The notes beneath the pieces are model-generated. The model did no database searches, was not told the DNA's origin, and saw only the letters and a list, made by a program, of their open reading frames with translations. From Styela clava (Eukaryota), in the NCBI RefSeq assembly GCF_964204865.1, contig NW_027556593.1, positions 1-64,000 on the forward strand: a DNA stretch of 64,000 nucleotides. The letters run 5' to 3'. This document shows, in pieces, positions 1-12,559 of this stretch; position 1 is the first letter of the stretch; each line of letters opens with the position of its first letter. The position numbers and the translations under genes are program-made.

Positions 1-939
1 ATCCCATTTGTTGATTTTTCGCTCTGACATGCTAATCCTAAACCTCCATGATTACTCGCTAAAGGTTTAATTGATCTTTATTGCGATAAAATGGATTTTT
101 ATAAAAAAGAACTTAAAACATGTAAAACAATTATTAGTATTAATTTGGACAAGAATAAAGCTCATGATCAAATCAAGAAAGATTTGGAAGCCAACGGAGA
201 ATTAAAAAACCATATTATAGTAAACACAGGTGGGAACGCCGCGTCAGATTCACCTCCAGTTTTGGAATCTTTCCAACCACAAAAAAACTGAAAGGAATTC
301 GACGAAAGTATTGATTCAACATTAAGCTTAATTTGAAGTTTGATGGGATTCAGTTGACCAAGTCAAAAAGATACAAGTACTGCCACAGAAGCTCGTTATA
401 ATTATTCAAACCAAGGTTCAACAATTCAAAAGAAAAAAACAGCCTTGGATCAAAACTTGAATATTTTCTTGGATTTGATGTTTCAAGCTGCCGGTTTTCA
501 AGATCCGCAATTTACATTTGAACTCCATGATAGTAATTCAGTAATTATTGACGAAGTTTTAGTTTCAATAATGCAACAATTATCTAATTACAATTGAATT
601 AGTGATGTTGACGCTATTGCTAAAATTTTCAACATGCCTATCCACAGAGCACAAGAAAAATTGGATGCTATTAACGAAAAAAGAAAACTCGACTGAGAAG
701 CCAACAGAGAGTTTCGAGAAATGACAATGGGAGAAGAAGAAGGTCCATTGTCTAAACAAAGAAGCGGTGAAAATGGCTCAGTAGTTGAACAACAACCGAA
801 AGGTGCTGGACGTCCTAGAAACGATTCTAAACGAGAAGTCATTGAACCATTAGATACTAAACAAAGAATAGCTAAATCATCAAATGAAGGAGGGAAAAAA
901 GGTGGTGTTCGTCGAAGAAAAGAGGTTCATCGAAACTAA
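1..939 (+). CDS. Putative portal protein, 3' part (5' truncated by window)
   Basis: Single code-4 frame joining track ORFs 91 and 721; full copy at 44654-46252; size, position, and a SPP1/A118-portal-like 'TSTATEA' segment. Confidence 0.6.
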
Positions 940-949
940 ATAACATATT

Positions 950-3900
950 ATGAAACAAAGATCAAATATAATATTCAAAACAAATAAAAATGGAACAGCC
1001 TATCCTGTCATTGATACAACCAAAGATATTTATTTTTTCCCAATGGTTGTTTCGTCTGGTCACACTGGCGTTGATGATCAATTGACATTCAATGGTGTTA
1101 ATAAAAGATATATTTACACTGGAAGAAAATCAGTTATTATTAAACCTTTAGGATGAGAAGGAGACGTTACTTTACACCATGTGGAAAATGACGGTACAAT
1201 ATCTGAAATCCCTGCCTCAGAAATAACAAAAGACAACTTAGAAGGTAAAGATCTTGTTGGAAAACGCAACATTTTTCCAGGTATTTTTTTCGTTGGGAAG
1301 ATTGTTTCTGCCCCTACATTTACACAAAACTATCGAACAAGTAAATTGGGCTTTGTAGAAAAAAAAATAGACTCTCGGATTGAAGCTGTCTTTAAAGAAG
1401 ATAAAAATGACGGGTTAAACATTATATGAGATTTTGAACATAATATTATAAAGAAAAACTTTGCAAACTTAATGTTCATGTGTCCAGAACTCAACGAAAA
1501 TAATATTTTGGACATAGAAACTATTACAGTGTATGTCAATGAATCAGGAAAATATGTTTATCATTCAATAGTATTTGTTTCGCTTAATGAAAAACTAGAA
1601 GAAGCTGGACGAATGCTTGGACAATCAATTTTGTTCTCTCATCCAGGATCTAGTTTCTTTTTACCATATGTTGTTGGTTCTAAAGCAGAAAGAGATGTAA
1701 CTAAAATATTAAGTGATGGTTCTTTTTCGCAAACCAAAATAACCGTTCCCAAACATGCTTGCGGATATTACAATAAAGAATGATTAACAAATGGCGATTT
1801 AATAGGTTTTGGAGAATTAGACAACACACTATTAGAAAACAAAAAAACAGAACTGAACGCTGAAGATACTACAGATGAACGAAAAACAGAATTAACAACT
1901 GAAATTTCAACCATGATATCCGATGCCGAAACAAAAGCATTGGAAAAAATTAATGAAATCGAACTTGTTGGTACCTCTGACAGAAGAAGCGCTGGATTAA
2001 AAATAGTACCTGGAGTAGACAGTATACAACTAGCACTTAACGGTATGAGTGGTATAATGGGTGTTGAAGTATACGGAAGAAAAAAACTAGATGATCCTTT
2101 GTATATTTCAGCAGATATAAAAAAATTGATGTTTTCTAGCTTATTGGAACCAACACCTGATCCTTTGTCTTTAACATACCAATACGAATCATCTCACGAA
2201 ATTATTCCAAACGCTTATTTTATGTTAAATAATTATGCTGCGGATTTGATTCAAGAATTGGGAATAGAATATGATCCTCGTATGGATAGAAAAAATATGG
2301 GGTCTATTATGGTTAACAATAAATCATCTTTGGATTATTTAAAATTAAATTATGTTAACGATTTCGCAAATTCAGTTTTACAAAAAAGAGTTACTTTTGT
2401 TAATGGGAAAACTCGAACAGCCGTATCACCTTTATTTGAAAACAAGGAAATTTATGCAGCTAAACAAGAACGTAATATTAGCGAAAATGAAACAGAAACA
2501 ATATTTGATATTGGCGATGTCGCCGAAGACAAAGAAAAAAACAATGATTTAACATTGGATTTTTTATCTATTTGTAATTATCTTAATTTCATTAGTATTA
2601 TTAATTCAGATTTAATGTTTCTATCACCCAATGTTGTTCAAATAACCAACTGAAAATCGTTTTGAGGAGATATTATCCAACAAGGTTCTACTTTGGTTGG
2701 TGCCCTAGTAGGTTTTGGTGTTGGAACAGCAATATCTAAAAAAAGTAAAGGTGGTAAATTCTTTGCCACTGCCGGAGCGTGAATTGGTAGTCAATTGGGA
2801 AATGTTGTTCGAAAAATTTATGACCATGCTGCCAATGCAAATGAAGAAATGTTTATTCAAAGAAAAATGTATAATTCAAATCGGCGTTCTTTCCCATTTT
2901 TAATTAGTTCCGACGCACTTGCCATGATTCATTCAAATCTAAGTGTTGCGAATCAATTATTACATGGTATTCCTATGGTATTGTTTTCGACATCAGACAA
3001 CCCTATAACTTCGGTTATGGATTCTTCTCAATTTAACGATATTTATAAATTGAAATTAACAGACAAATTTAAAACAGAACCATTAAATTTATCGGAACTC
3101 ACTGAACAAGAAAAGGTCGATAAATTAAATGAAACACACGACACTAAAGAGTTATTGAATGGAAAATTTAAAATAGGTGCTAAATTGTTAGCTATCCCAC
3201 AATCCGAAGATGACCCGTATGATTTTGAAATTGATTGAATAGTTATAAAAATGTTAGGAAAAAGACAAATAAGATTGACTTTCTATGATAATGAAGATGA
3301 CATTGTTGGTTTTTTCCATTTGCAGAATTCGGCATTATTCGGAGGTAATATTAGAGAGATAACAACCAATATTATATTAAATACACGAAATGATAATTAT
3401 TCTTCTGTAGATGCTTATCTCGACACATTGATTAATCTTCAACCTTTGGACTTAACGCCAATTGAAGCAGTATCTGCTACGGCAAATGCGGCCGCACTTA
3501 AGGAACTATATGGTTTTATAGACCATGATGTGCTTATATTCGAAGAAAAAATAAAAGAAGAGGAAAAAAAACATTTCAAAGTTAATTTCAATACTATTAA
3601 AAATGAAATTTTCGCTTATGCCATTGAAAAAAACGTTCCTGATAACGCTATTGATTATTGAGATGGAAAAAAAACAATTTTACTAAATAAAATAGATACC
3701 TTAGAAGAACATTATAGTTTTCTAATTTTCGAAAACTACAAAAGATATGTAGAACTTTACTACAATTCTTCTAATCTTCTAGAAATGAAAAGAAAAGAAA
3801 TACAGTCAACAGCAATATTAAATGCATCATTAAAAGAACAATTATTCGAAAAAATTAATTCTTTTCAAGAAAATAATAATATTCTAGCCGAAGAAAGAGC

Positions 3901-5920
3901 AGAGGCTGCAGGTGAAGTGGATAAAGCAGCGAAGATTAAAGCATATAACGATTTTGCTAGTCAAATTATAGCTACCAACACTGAATCTGATTTAACGATT
4001 TTGAGCAATACTATTGAATCCAATACTGTTTTGGATGACTCAGATAAAACAAGATTAAAAGAAATTATTGCTGATAAAATATCAGATATGCAACAAGCAC
4101 TCATTTCATCTTTGGTTTCTAATTTGAATTACCAACTACAAGAATTTATAAATATATATGATTCAACAGAAAACATACAATTACTTAAAAACGATGAAAA
4201 TATAAATAACCTTTTACGATTAGACGTCAATGAAAATTATAACTCTTTTTCAGCGGATAAACTAGCTACATTAAAATTGTCTGCTACCGATATAGATACT
4301 GAATTTTTAAGTGATGTTAAAACCACTACTAATATTGATGGTGCGATAAATACATTGTCTTCTTTTCAAACAAATAAAATATCATCATTAAAAGTACAAA
4401 CATTATTTGACTCTCACGTTGATATGACTTTGGAACCTTATGATGCTGACACTAACCCAACAGGGTTGAAATTAGACGAAATACCTACAGCTCACCAAAA
4501 ACAATTCCTATCTCAAGTATTCAACATCCCTGAAGAAACATGATCTAGTTTTAATAATATATATGATAACAATCAAATATTTATTTATAAAACTCCATTT
4601 AATCTTTATAAGTATTTCTCATTCGAAAAAGTTGAAAAATACCTATCCAACACTGATATTGCTACTATTTACGACACTTTAAAAGATTATGTCGCTCCTG
4701 ATAAACGTTTCCCAAAAATTATTGATTTTCGAGGAGAGTACAATGGTAAAGATGGTGATACGAGATTACAAAATTTTATAGATGATAGCTCTCAATTTAA
4801 CTGAGAAGTAACAACTGACACATCTACAAATGTTGGTTTTAATACACCTAGTGCTTATATAAGTTCTATGTTTATGTCGTCAGATCAATTTTGAGCTACA
4901 ATTCGTAATTATATATATAACAAAGGAAATATAATTAGTAATGCAGAAAATGAACAAAGTTTTACTTTAGAGCAAATAAAAGATGTTGTTTCTCCAACTC
5001 TTTTTAATTCGTACAACACCAATAGAACTAAATTTTTCACAATAGCCAATGAAATCAACAGTATTAATGCTAATTTAACACTCCAAAAAGGAGACCCTTT
5101 GACTAATGCATTAAGGGAAAAATTATTACAACATAGATTAGATATATTAAAAACAACAACCTTTCTTCGTTATTCAAACAAATCTTCTATTTCCGATCCC
5201 AATGTTGAAACAACAACTTTAAAGTGACTAGGGGTTGGTTCACTTGGTGCATATACTGTCCCCTATTTAAATTCAAATTTTGATAGAACACCAGGTGATA
5301 CTACTGACTATACATTACATCCTTACGATGAGCGAAATCTTAATTCCGACTTTCATAGGCTTTCGAATAACCGATCTGGTGGTAGCGGATCAAATGTTTA
5401 CTACCATACTGGTTATTTTATTTATTGAACTGACATATTAAAAAAATGAGAAATTAATCTTCCTATTTCATCAATTTTACAACCTGAATGGAAGACATTG
5501 TCTTTTAATTGTCGATACGATTTTGATTGAACATATAGAATAGATTCACTAATCACTTTTTCATTAGGTATAAACGCTTTGTCTACTCACTTTTCAGATC
5601 CTTATCAGGAATCATCGCTTTTACCCATAGAAATTGATCTTGAAAATTTAGAGGATGATGTCCCTAAAACCTTCTGATTAAGCAATGTGGAATTCAATTC
5701 AGATGGTGCTTATCAATGAAAGAACTATAAGACAGTTTACCTGGAAAATGACACTTTCGGACAAGATATTCGTTTTACTTTGACTAAATCTTCAACGGGG
5801 CTTACTATTAAGTTTTCCAGTTGACGATTACTTTATTGATTAGGAAAAAGAAGAAACGACATAACTTCGTTTATTTTACCCAAAGAAATATCAATAAACA
5901 ACATAAAATTAAAGGTATAA
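950..5920 (+). CDS. Large virion/tail protein (1656 aa, code 4), variable C-terminal half
   Basis: Track ORFs 950, 1181, 1472, 1913, 2795, 3251 and 3785 share one frame and are separated by TGA; ends TAA at 5920. Confidence 0.7.
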
Positions 5921-5921
5921 A

Positions 5922-7070
5922 ATGGCACGTTTTATAAATAATAAACCAAATAGAACAGATTACAGATGAGCAAGAGTAGTTAAAGGGTTGGGTGAAGTAG
6001 CTGAAGGGGCTACTCGTATATTTCTAGGTATTACGGCCGCTGCGCTTTTGACACCTAGTAATGAACGAGATAAAGAAAAAGATAAATTAACAAGGGAGTC
6101 ATTTGATAATGCTCTTAGAGAGATTGGTGATATACCACCTAGTGATATCCAATACAAATTAGATGCATTAAACGAAATGACGTTGAATAATGTTCTAGCG
6201 AGTGATGGAATCGAAATGTTGAAAGGCCAAAACATCAAGGATATTATCAATGATTCCGATTTAACTCAACATTTACGAAACTTAAGAAGGGATACTTTAG
6301 AGTTGTTATTTGAAACAACCCCTATCTTGGATGATATTCGATATTTAACAAACAGTGAATTAATAGCTTTTTTACAAACACCCGTAATAGCAAGATTGAT
6401 TTATCAAAAAGGATTCAAAAGCATAGCTGATTTTATTAAATACTTGGAAAGTGTTGCAGAGGATCCTACAAATCTTGGTAAAACAGCTAATGATGAATTG
6501 GATTTATCAGGAGACAATACAAGTAAAGGTACTTCTACCGACAAAAAGACAAGTAAAGCAGAAAAAGAAAGCAAAGCAAGTGAACAAGAATCAAAACCTG
6601 ATTCCGAGGCAGATGATAAAAAAAAGGATGCTTGTGATATTATTGCCGAAAAATATGCCGGTATTATAGACACTTCATCTGTGTCAACATGAGTGAAAAA
6701 ACTCCACTACAACCCGGATTCCTTCATGTTAGCAACTTTTTTCGCTCCAAGAGCTCGTCCCGGAAAATGATACACATGACCTAATTTTTCATGTGAGTCT
6801 TATTTAAGGTTGATTCGGGTTCTAAAAAGTGGACAACCATTCGTTGCTAGCTCAATTGGAGGAGTAGGGACCTTATTATGAAGAGGTCCACCTGACATAG
6901 CAATAATGCAAACCCGTAACCAATGAAAAGGATTAGGACGCACAAAAGAATTCAAATCGTACAAGGCTGTAAGAAAATCAATTGGGAGAAATCACACTAT
7001 GAAAAAACGGCCAAGAAGAAAAACAAGAAAAATGTTAAAATTAAGACGAGGAAGATATAGCGGAATATAA
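5922..7070 (+). CDS. Hypothetical morphogenesis protein (382 aa), basic C-terminus
   Basis: ATG 5922, in frame with ORF 5988, TAA 7070; late-operon position. Confidence 0.6.
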
Positions 7071-7435
7071 TGGAAAATTCAGAAATTAAAAAAATAAAAG
7101 TACACACTGGAGCACCTTGTCGATGCTTCATGGATTACCTATATTATAAATATAAAATAGATATGATATATGTATTACGTTGATGACAAGAAAAGCAAAT
7201 CAAAAAAGAATATAAAACATGATTAGGAATGGGTTTTTGTTCTGAAAGCCCAGAATGAACATACTTGCGTCAAAAATTAATGGTAACAGCATCACGATCA
7301 GATATGATTCGTCTTGAAAAATATTACGCAGATCTAAACGCAAAAGTTCAATCATCAAAACCAAAAATTGTTTTAGTAGGAGAGAACAAAAGTTCTATTG
7401 ACATAAATGACACAAGAAACGACAAAGAAGAATAA
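7070..7435 (+). CDS. Putative terminase small subunit (121 aa)
   Basis: TAATG-coupled ORF overlapping the TerL start; function inferred from position only. Confidence 0.45.
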
Positions 7436-8927
7436 TCCAGAAAATAATTTAACATTAAGTAATTTGAGAATTTCAGATACATATTCTTATTTATACGACT
7501 TGTTAGATCAAATAAAACACAACAAACCTTTTTCAATTGACGAAGTCAACTTAGCGGGAGGACGTCAAGCTGGAAAAACTTGAAATATTATTACTTTCTG
7601 TTTGTTGGCAAGCCTATACAACTTGGACAAAACATTTCACTTTTATTTCATTCGTAAAGTTTTGACTAATAAAAGAAACATGTTTGAACAAATCAATAAA
7701 GTAATGCCTAAATGATTCTCAAAAGCAATGGGTATTACAACCAACATAACATATAATTCGATGAAAGGTTATAATTTCGAATTAAACGTTTTAGGAATCA
7801 CTGGACAAAAAACAGCATACCAAGCACAATTAGGTCTTCCCCGGACAAATGCGGACTATATTATAATCTTCTACGAAGAAGCTTACGAGTTTAATGCTCG
7901 TGATTTTGACCGTGTATTCAACGCTACCGGAGGATCGAAAAATTCAAAGATTTTGATTTTCAAAGCCAGCAACCCATGAAACCCAAGTTGTGCATATTTT
8001 CAAGACTTTCAAAATGTATTGCCGTGAAACGAAAAAGTAATGATGAGTAAAGGAGAGGATTATTATTTCGACAAGAAAAACAGAACTCTCTATCATTGAA
8101 CATGCATTGTTAAAACGGTTCAGGACGATATTGTTTCGCCAAATCGTATTAAAAAGATGTACGAACGGGCTCATAAAAACAAACTCGAAGCACCAACCAT
8201 ATTATATGGAAAGCCAATGATTGCCGAAAACCAAACATTCGACACATCGAAAATTATCTATGTTGGAGGAGAAGGTGATGAGCCGTCTCTTATTCCATAT
8301 AATGATTTTTTGATTCGTGTAGGGATCGACTTCGGACAAACTCGTAATCCAACAGCAGTTGTTTTCGGGATATCGAATTTTGAAGGATCTCGAATATTGG
8401 TACTCGACACCTTAACAATTGAACATCACGAAAGAGCAATTCACACGCCGGAATTGACAACTCGTATTTTAGGATTTATTGTATATAATATGAATCTTTT
8501 TGAACTAGACAAAAACGAAACTGTTTACGTTAATTGCGATACTAGTGATATGCGACTCGTGTGAGATCTCCAATCATTAGCTGATAAAAGAAATATTGAT
8601 TATCTTTCTTTTTCGGGTGTTAAAAAAAATTCTAAAAGATTTAGAAGAAGCGAACGTCTTATGGCTTGAATGCTAGCTTTAGGAAATCGTTGCTTTTACA
8701 TGTTTCGGAATGAAAACAACAAAAAATTAATTGCTTCTATGCAATCTATCGTTTTGAGACCTGATAAAAAAGGTTTTGTTGAAGACGAAAGTAGTGGTAG
8801 CGGTGACGACCAATACGACGCACTATGTTATGCGTTCTCTGACGAAATTGCCAGAAGAACATTAGGACAACCCACCGAGGAAGTTTCTAAAGAAATGATT
8901 AACGAAAAACCCGTGACTTCTTCTTAA
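7407..8927 (+). CDS. terL: Terminase large subunit
   Basis: Walker A GGRQAGKT, Walker B IIIFYEEA, coupling motif ASNP, nuclease GIDFG and DDQYDALCY. Confidence 0.92.
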
Positions 8928-8998
8928 AAATAAGAGAGAAAACAGGCCTCTAATTTTACCTTTCCATAGTAAAGTACGTTAGGTTGTCCTTTTTGGAC

Positions 8999-9517
8999 CT
9001 ATATTTTTAGGTCTTTTTTCGCATAAACGAATAAAACATAGGCTTCTGCAAGATCATCAGAAAAAAATTTAACTATTGTGCTTCTGGCGACTTGTTTGAT
9101 TCGATATTCCACAGAATTTTTTTTCGTGTTCTTTTCGACTTCAAAACCTTTACCGTGTTCTTTAACGAAAAATTCTACAGACTTCTTTTTTTTGAATTCT
9201 CGTTTCAAAGCTTCGTTCAAAACTTCTTTACTCACTTTTGTCTCATTGTGATAAAATGATTTTAGTTCTCCGCGGATGTTCATTCGTGTTCTTTCGTATA
9301 CAACTCCTTTTTTGAAACTAAGAGATTTAATAATCTTCAAATAACCATACATGTCGTCATAGAAAACCAAGTTAGTAGTACCGTTTATATCTCGAATTAT
9401 TCGCGTATAATTCTCAAGAATGTCGTAGAAATTACCCTGATCATAATAGTATTTACCTTCTATTAAAGCGTAATAACCAGATTTCTTCCCAACATCTCAT
9501 GCGATTAAATTGTTCAT
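8999..9517 (-). CDS. Hypothetical protein
   Basis: Code-4 extension of ORF 8999-9370 to ATG 9517. Confidence 0.6.
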
Positions 9518-10128
9518 ATTTCTTTATTTAAACTCAAATTAGATGTTTCTCCTGTGTTTTTATCGATGTAAACAATATATTTTTCGATTTCATTTACTTT
9601 TAACCCAGCTTTTTTCGGTAAAAAATTAGTTGAGAAAAGTCTTGCGTATGCTCATAATTGACATCCATATTTGAATCTTTCCAAATTGTTTGTTGATCTT
9701 TTACTTGTTTTTCAGTCTAATACGAAAAACTTACGTGTTTTTGTGTTGTAACCAATAACATCAACAGTTCCACAAAGATAAGCCTCTGGATCCATAAGTT
9801 TTTGTTCTATTAAACAAACTTTCATATACTTAGGTAGAATTGTACATTTATCGTTTTTTACCAATTCTTCCATGTGCTTATGGATTTCAATTCCTCTCTT
9901 TGATGCTTTTCGCAAAATCATATCCTTATATTCAGGATCCATTGTCATTGTCTTATCGTAATAATGTTGGGCATAACCAAATACTGAGGTTACGCCATTC
10001 ATTGACTTTTTGTTATATGTATATTTGTGTTTTTTTTCATCGAATTCCAAATATTGACTTCGTTTTTGAAACCTTGAATCGTCCAAGTGTTTCAATAAAT
10101 ATTTTTTATAATTAATATGATGTTTCAT
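9505..10128 (-). CDS. PD-(D/E)XK (Cas4/RecB-like) phage exonuclease
   Basis: GVTSV, RGIEIH, GTVD, LDWKT and QLWAY motifs in code 4. Confidence 0.85.
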
Positions 10129-12559
10129 TGTTATTTTGTTCCTCCCATGTTACATCTTGTTTGAAATAATCTATACATTTCGTATCTCCACAAAAGCATT
10201 TAATGATTGTTCTTTCTTTGAACACCATTAAAAAACCTTTGTATGTTCGTTTGACTGTATCATGATGGATCTTATTAAGGTGACATTTAGGTACAAACCC
10301 TATAATATTTTCCTGTGTCATGCAACGTCTAACGCTATATCCCTTATCTTTTAGCATTTGAACCAAGTTCTGTACTCTACCTTCTGTTTTAATCCCTTTT
10401 TCATAAACAGCACACTCTTCAAGCATATTCTCTACTTCTTTTGGTATGTCTATTGGTTTTACATTGTTGTTATTATAATAGTAATCATTCTTATCTATCA
10501 TCATCATATAGCTATATGGCTTAACTTCAATGTCATATTTCGAAGCAATTTTTCATTTTAATTTTCATAATTTCTTGCTAGGATTTTTAAAAACCAATTT
10601 GTATTTCCCTTTTTCTTTTCCTCACTTAGAAGTTATTGACAATGTTTTATCTTTGTATTTTAACAACAAAGGATGTTTTTGTACAGTGTCATCGTCATCG
10701 AAAACAACGTATTCCTGTGCTGGTTTAATAGCTAATGAATTAAATTGTTGAAACCTTTGTATGTTGTTTCCAGAAGTGAAAGGGTTAACCATATCTACCA
10801 AACTAATTTTTTGTGTGTCTACGGCATATTCCTTTTTCCTATTGATAACAAAACGTTCGGAATTATTATTTTCACCAACATACGATAGTGTTCATTGTAT
10901 TTTATCTAATTCGATTCCGAGCCTTTTGATTTTTTCAACCATATCCATATTGTCTTCAAATAACTTTTTTCGATAACTCTCTTCAAAAGCAAATCCAACG
11001 AATTCGTGAGGCAATTCTTTCATTCGATCTTCCTCGAATAATTTCAATCACGACAATCTTTCTTCATATGGGTACAATGATAGTTTTTTGTTATTAACCA
11101 ACAACGCACTTTGTTTTGATGGTTTGTATATTCCTTTTGCCACTATCTTTTTCGTTTCCTTAATTTTATAGCAGTGGTTGTTCACATCTCGACTTAAAAA
11201 TCAATCTAGTTCTGAAATAGTTACTTCGAAACCACTTTTATCCATTACTTTTTTAGGTACACCCGTCAAATCTTTTTTACTTTGAACGAAAACACCGTCC
11301 GTATTAATGTTGATTATTACAGCCTCGGGATCCTGCAATAAAATATTGCTTATTAACAATCAAATTAAAACTCGTCCTTGTCTGCAAATTCAGTTTTGAG
11401 TGGCAAATCCAGCCTCGTTATTTAAAGAGTTCTTTTTGAAAAAATAGGGAAGAAAACCAAATGTCGAATTCAACAATAGTTTCATCGCTTCACGTTTGAC
11501 CTTGTCCTCTTTTGTTCCGTATTTAAGCACTGTTGTTTGATGTTTTAACTCGCAATATCTGTTAAAGCTAGCTTCAGTAAACAATTTAAACAATTTAGAT
11601 TGTTGTCCAAGTACCAAAATGTTTGGGTAAAGACTTGTGAAATCCATCGAATAAATTTTACCTTCTGTTTCGCTAGCCTTAAAAAACTTTCTAAAAACGA
11701 CATTGTGAACCCCTCCGTTGTAATTATTTCCGTTATTAAGACAATTCTTGTTGTGCGCTGGTAGGTTTATTGGGTTAAAATCATTTTCTTTAATGTGATT
11801 TCAAAACTCAGGATTATCCTTGCTTATCCCGAAATTCATAATCGTATACGGATCGATCACAATTGTTTCTGGATTGAATTTAAACAAATATGGTAAAACG
11901 TATGTAATTTTTTTATTGAAAAGAGCTCAATCCAATTTACGAACTGCCAACAAACTTTGATTTGTCATCAATTGTTTAATGTTTAAATACGGGTGTCTGT
12001 CGTGGTTTTTGTATAATTTGTATGTAGCTTCCAAGTCATTTTTCAAATACGCAATACATTTTTCTTTGTTGTTTTTGTAATAATCTCATTCTTCGAATTG
12101 TCTCTTATCACCTTTTTCGCCCTTTCAAATATCTTCTCCAAATTCTTTGAAGTATTTATTTTTTAATGACGGTCCAATCGACTTATATAAATCAAATTGG
12201 TTATCCGCCAAATCGTAAATCTGTGGTCACTCGTAAGCATAAAGTCATGAATAAAAAGTATTATTTTTCTTGTAAAACTTCGCCACTTGTTTATAACCGT
12301 TATTAATAATATAACCGTTGTATTCATTTAAGTTATTTCCGTTGTTAAAGTAGGTTATCATTAAAACATCATATCGAAAGAAATTGAAACCAATTATTTT
12401 GTCACAATTTGGCATGTATTTTTTTATACCTGCATCGTGATTACTAAACTCTCGAATCGTAATTTCTTTCGTATCAACGTCCATTTCCCCCACAATAAAA
12501 TATCATTCTTCAAAATTTTTGCCTTTGTATAATTCTGTATCGATAATTAATTTTTTCAT
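10112..12559 (-). CDS. Family B DNA polymerase (815 aa) with C-terminal primase-like and Zn-finger extension
   Basis: Exo motifs IDTE, GFNFFRYD, YLKND; Pol motifs DFTSLYPN, KLLLNSTFG, NTDG; frame runs on without TAA/TAG into ORF 10112-10507. Confidence 0.9.

Noticed and set aside
3780-5920. Diversity-generating retroelement acting on the tail gene
   Set aside because: No reverse transcriptase and no adenine-specific TR/VR pair seen
8930-8998. Bidirectional terminator between the convergent modules
   Set aside because: Only weak, imperfect stems and no clear U-tract; not supportable
10112-12559. Protein-primed (phi29-like) polymerase
   Set aside because: Motifs A-B-C are closely spaced with no obvious TPR insertions, and a TerL with a nuclease domain and an SF3 helicase are present
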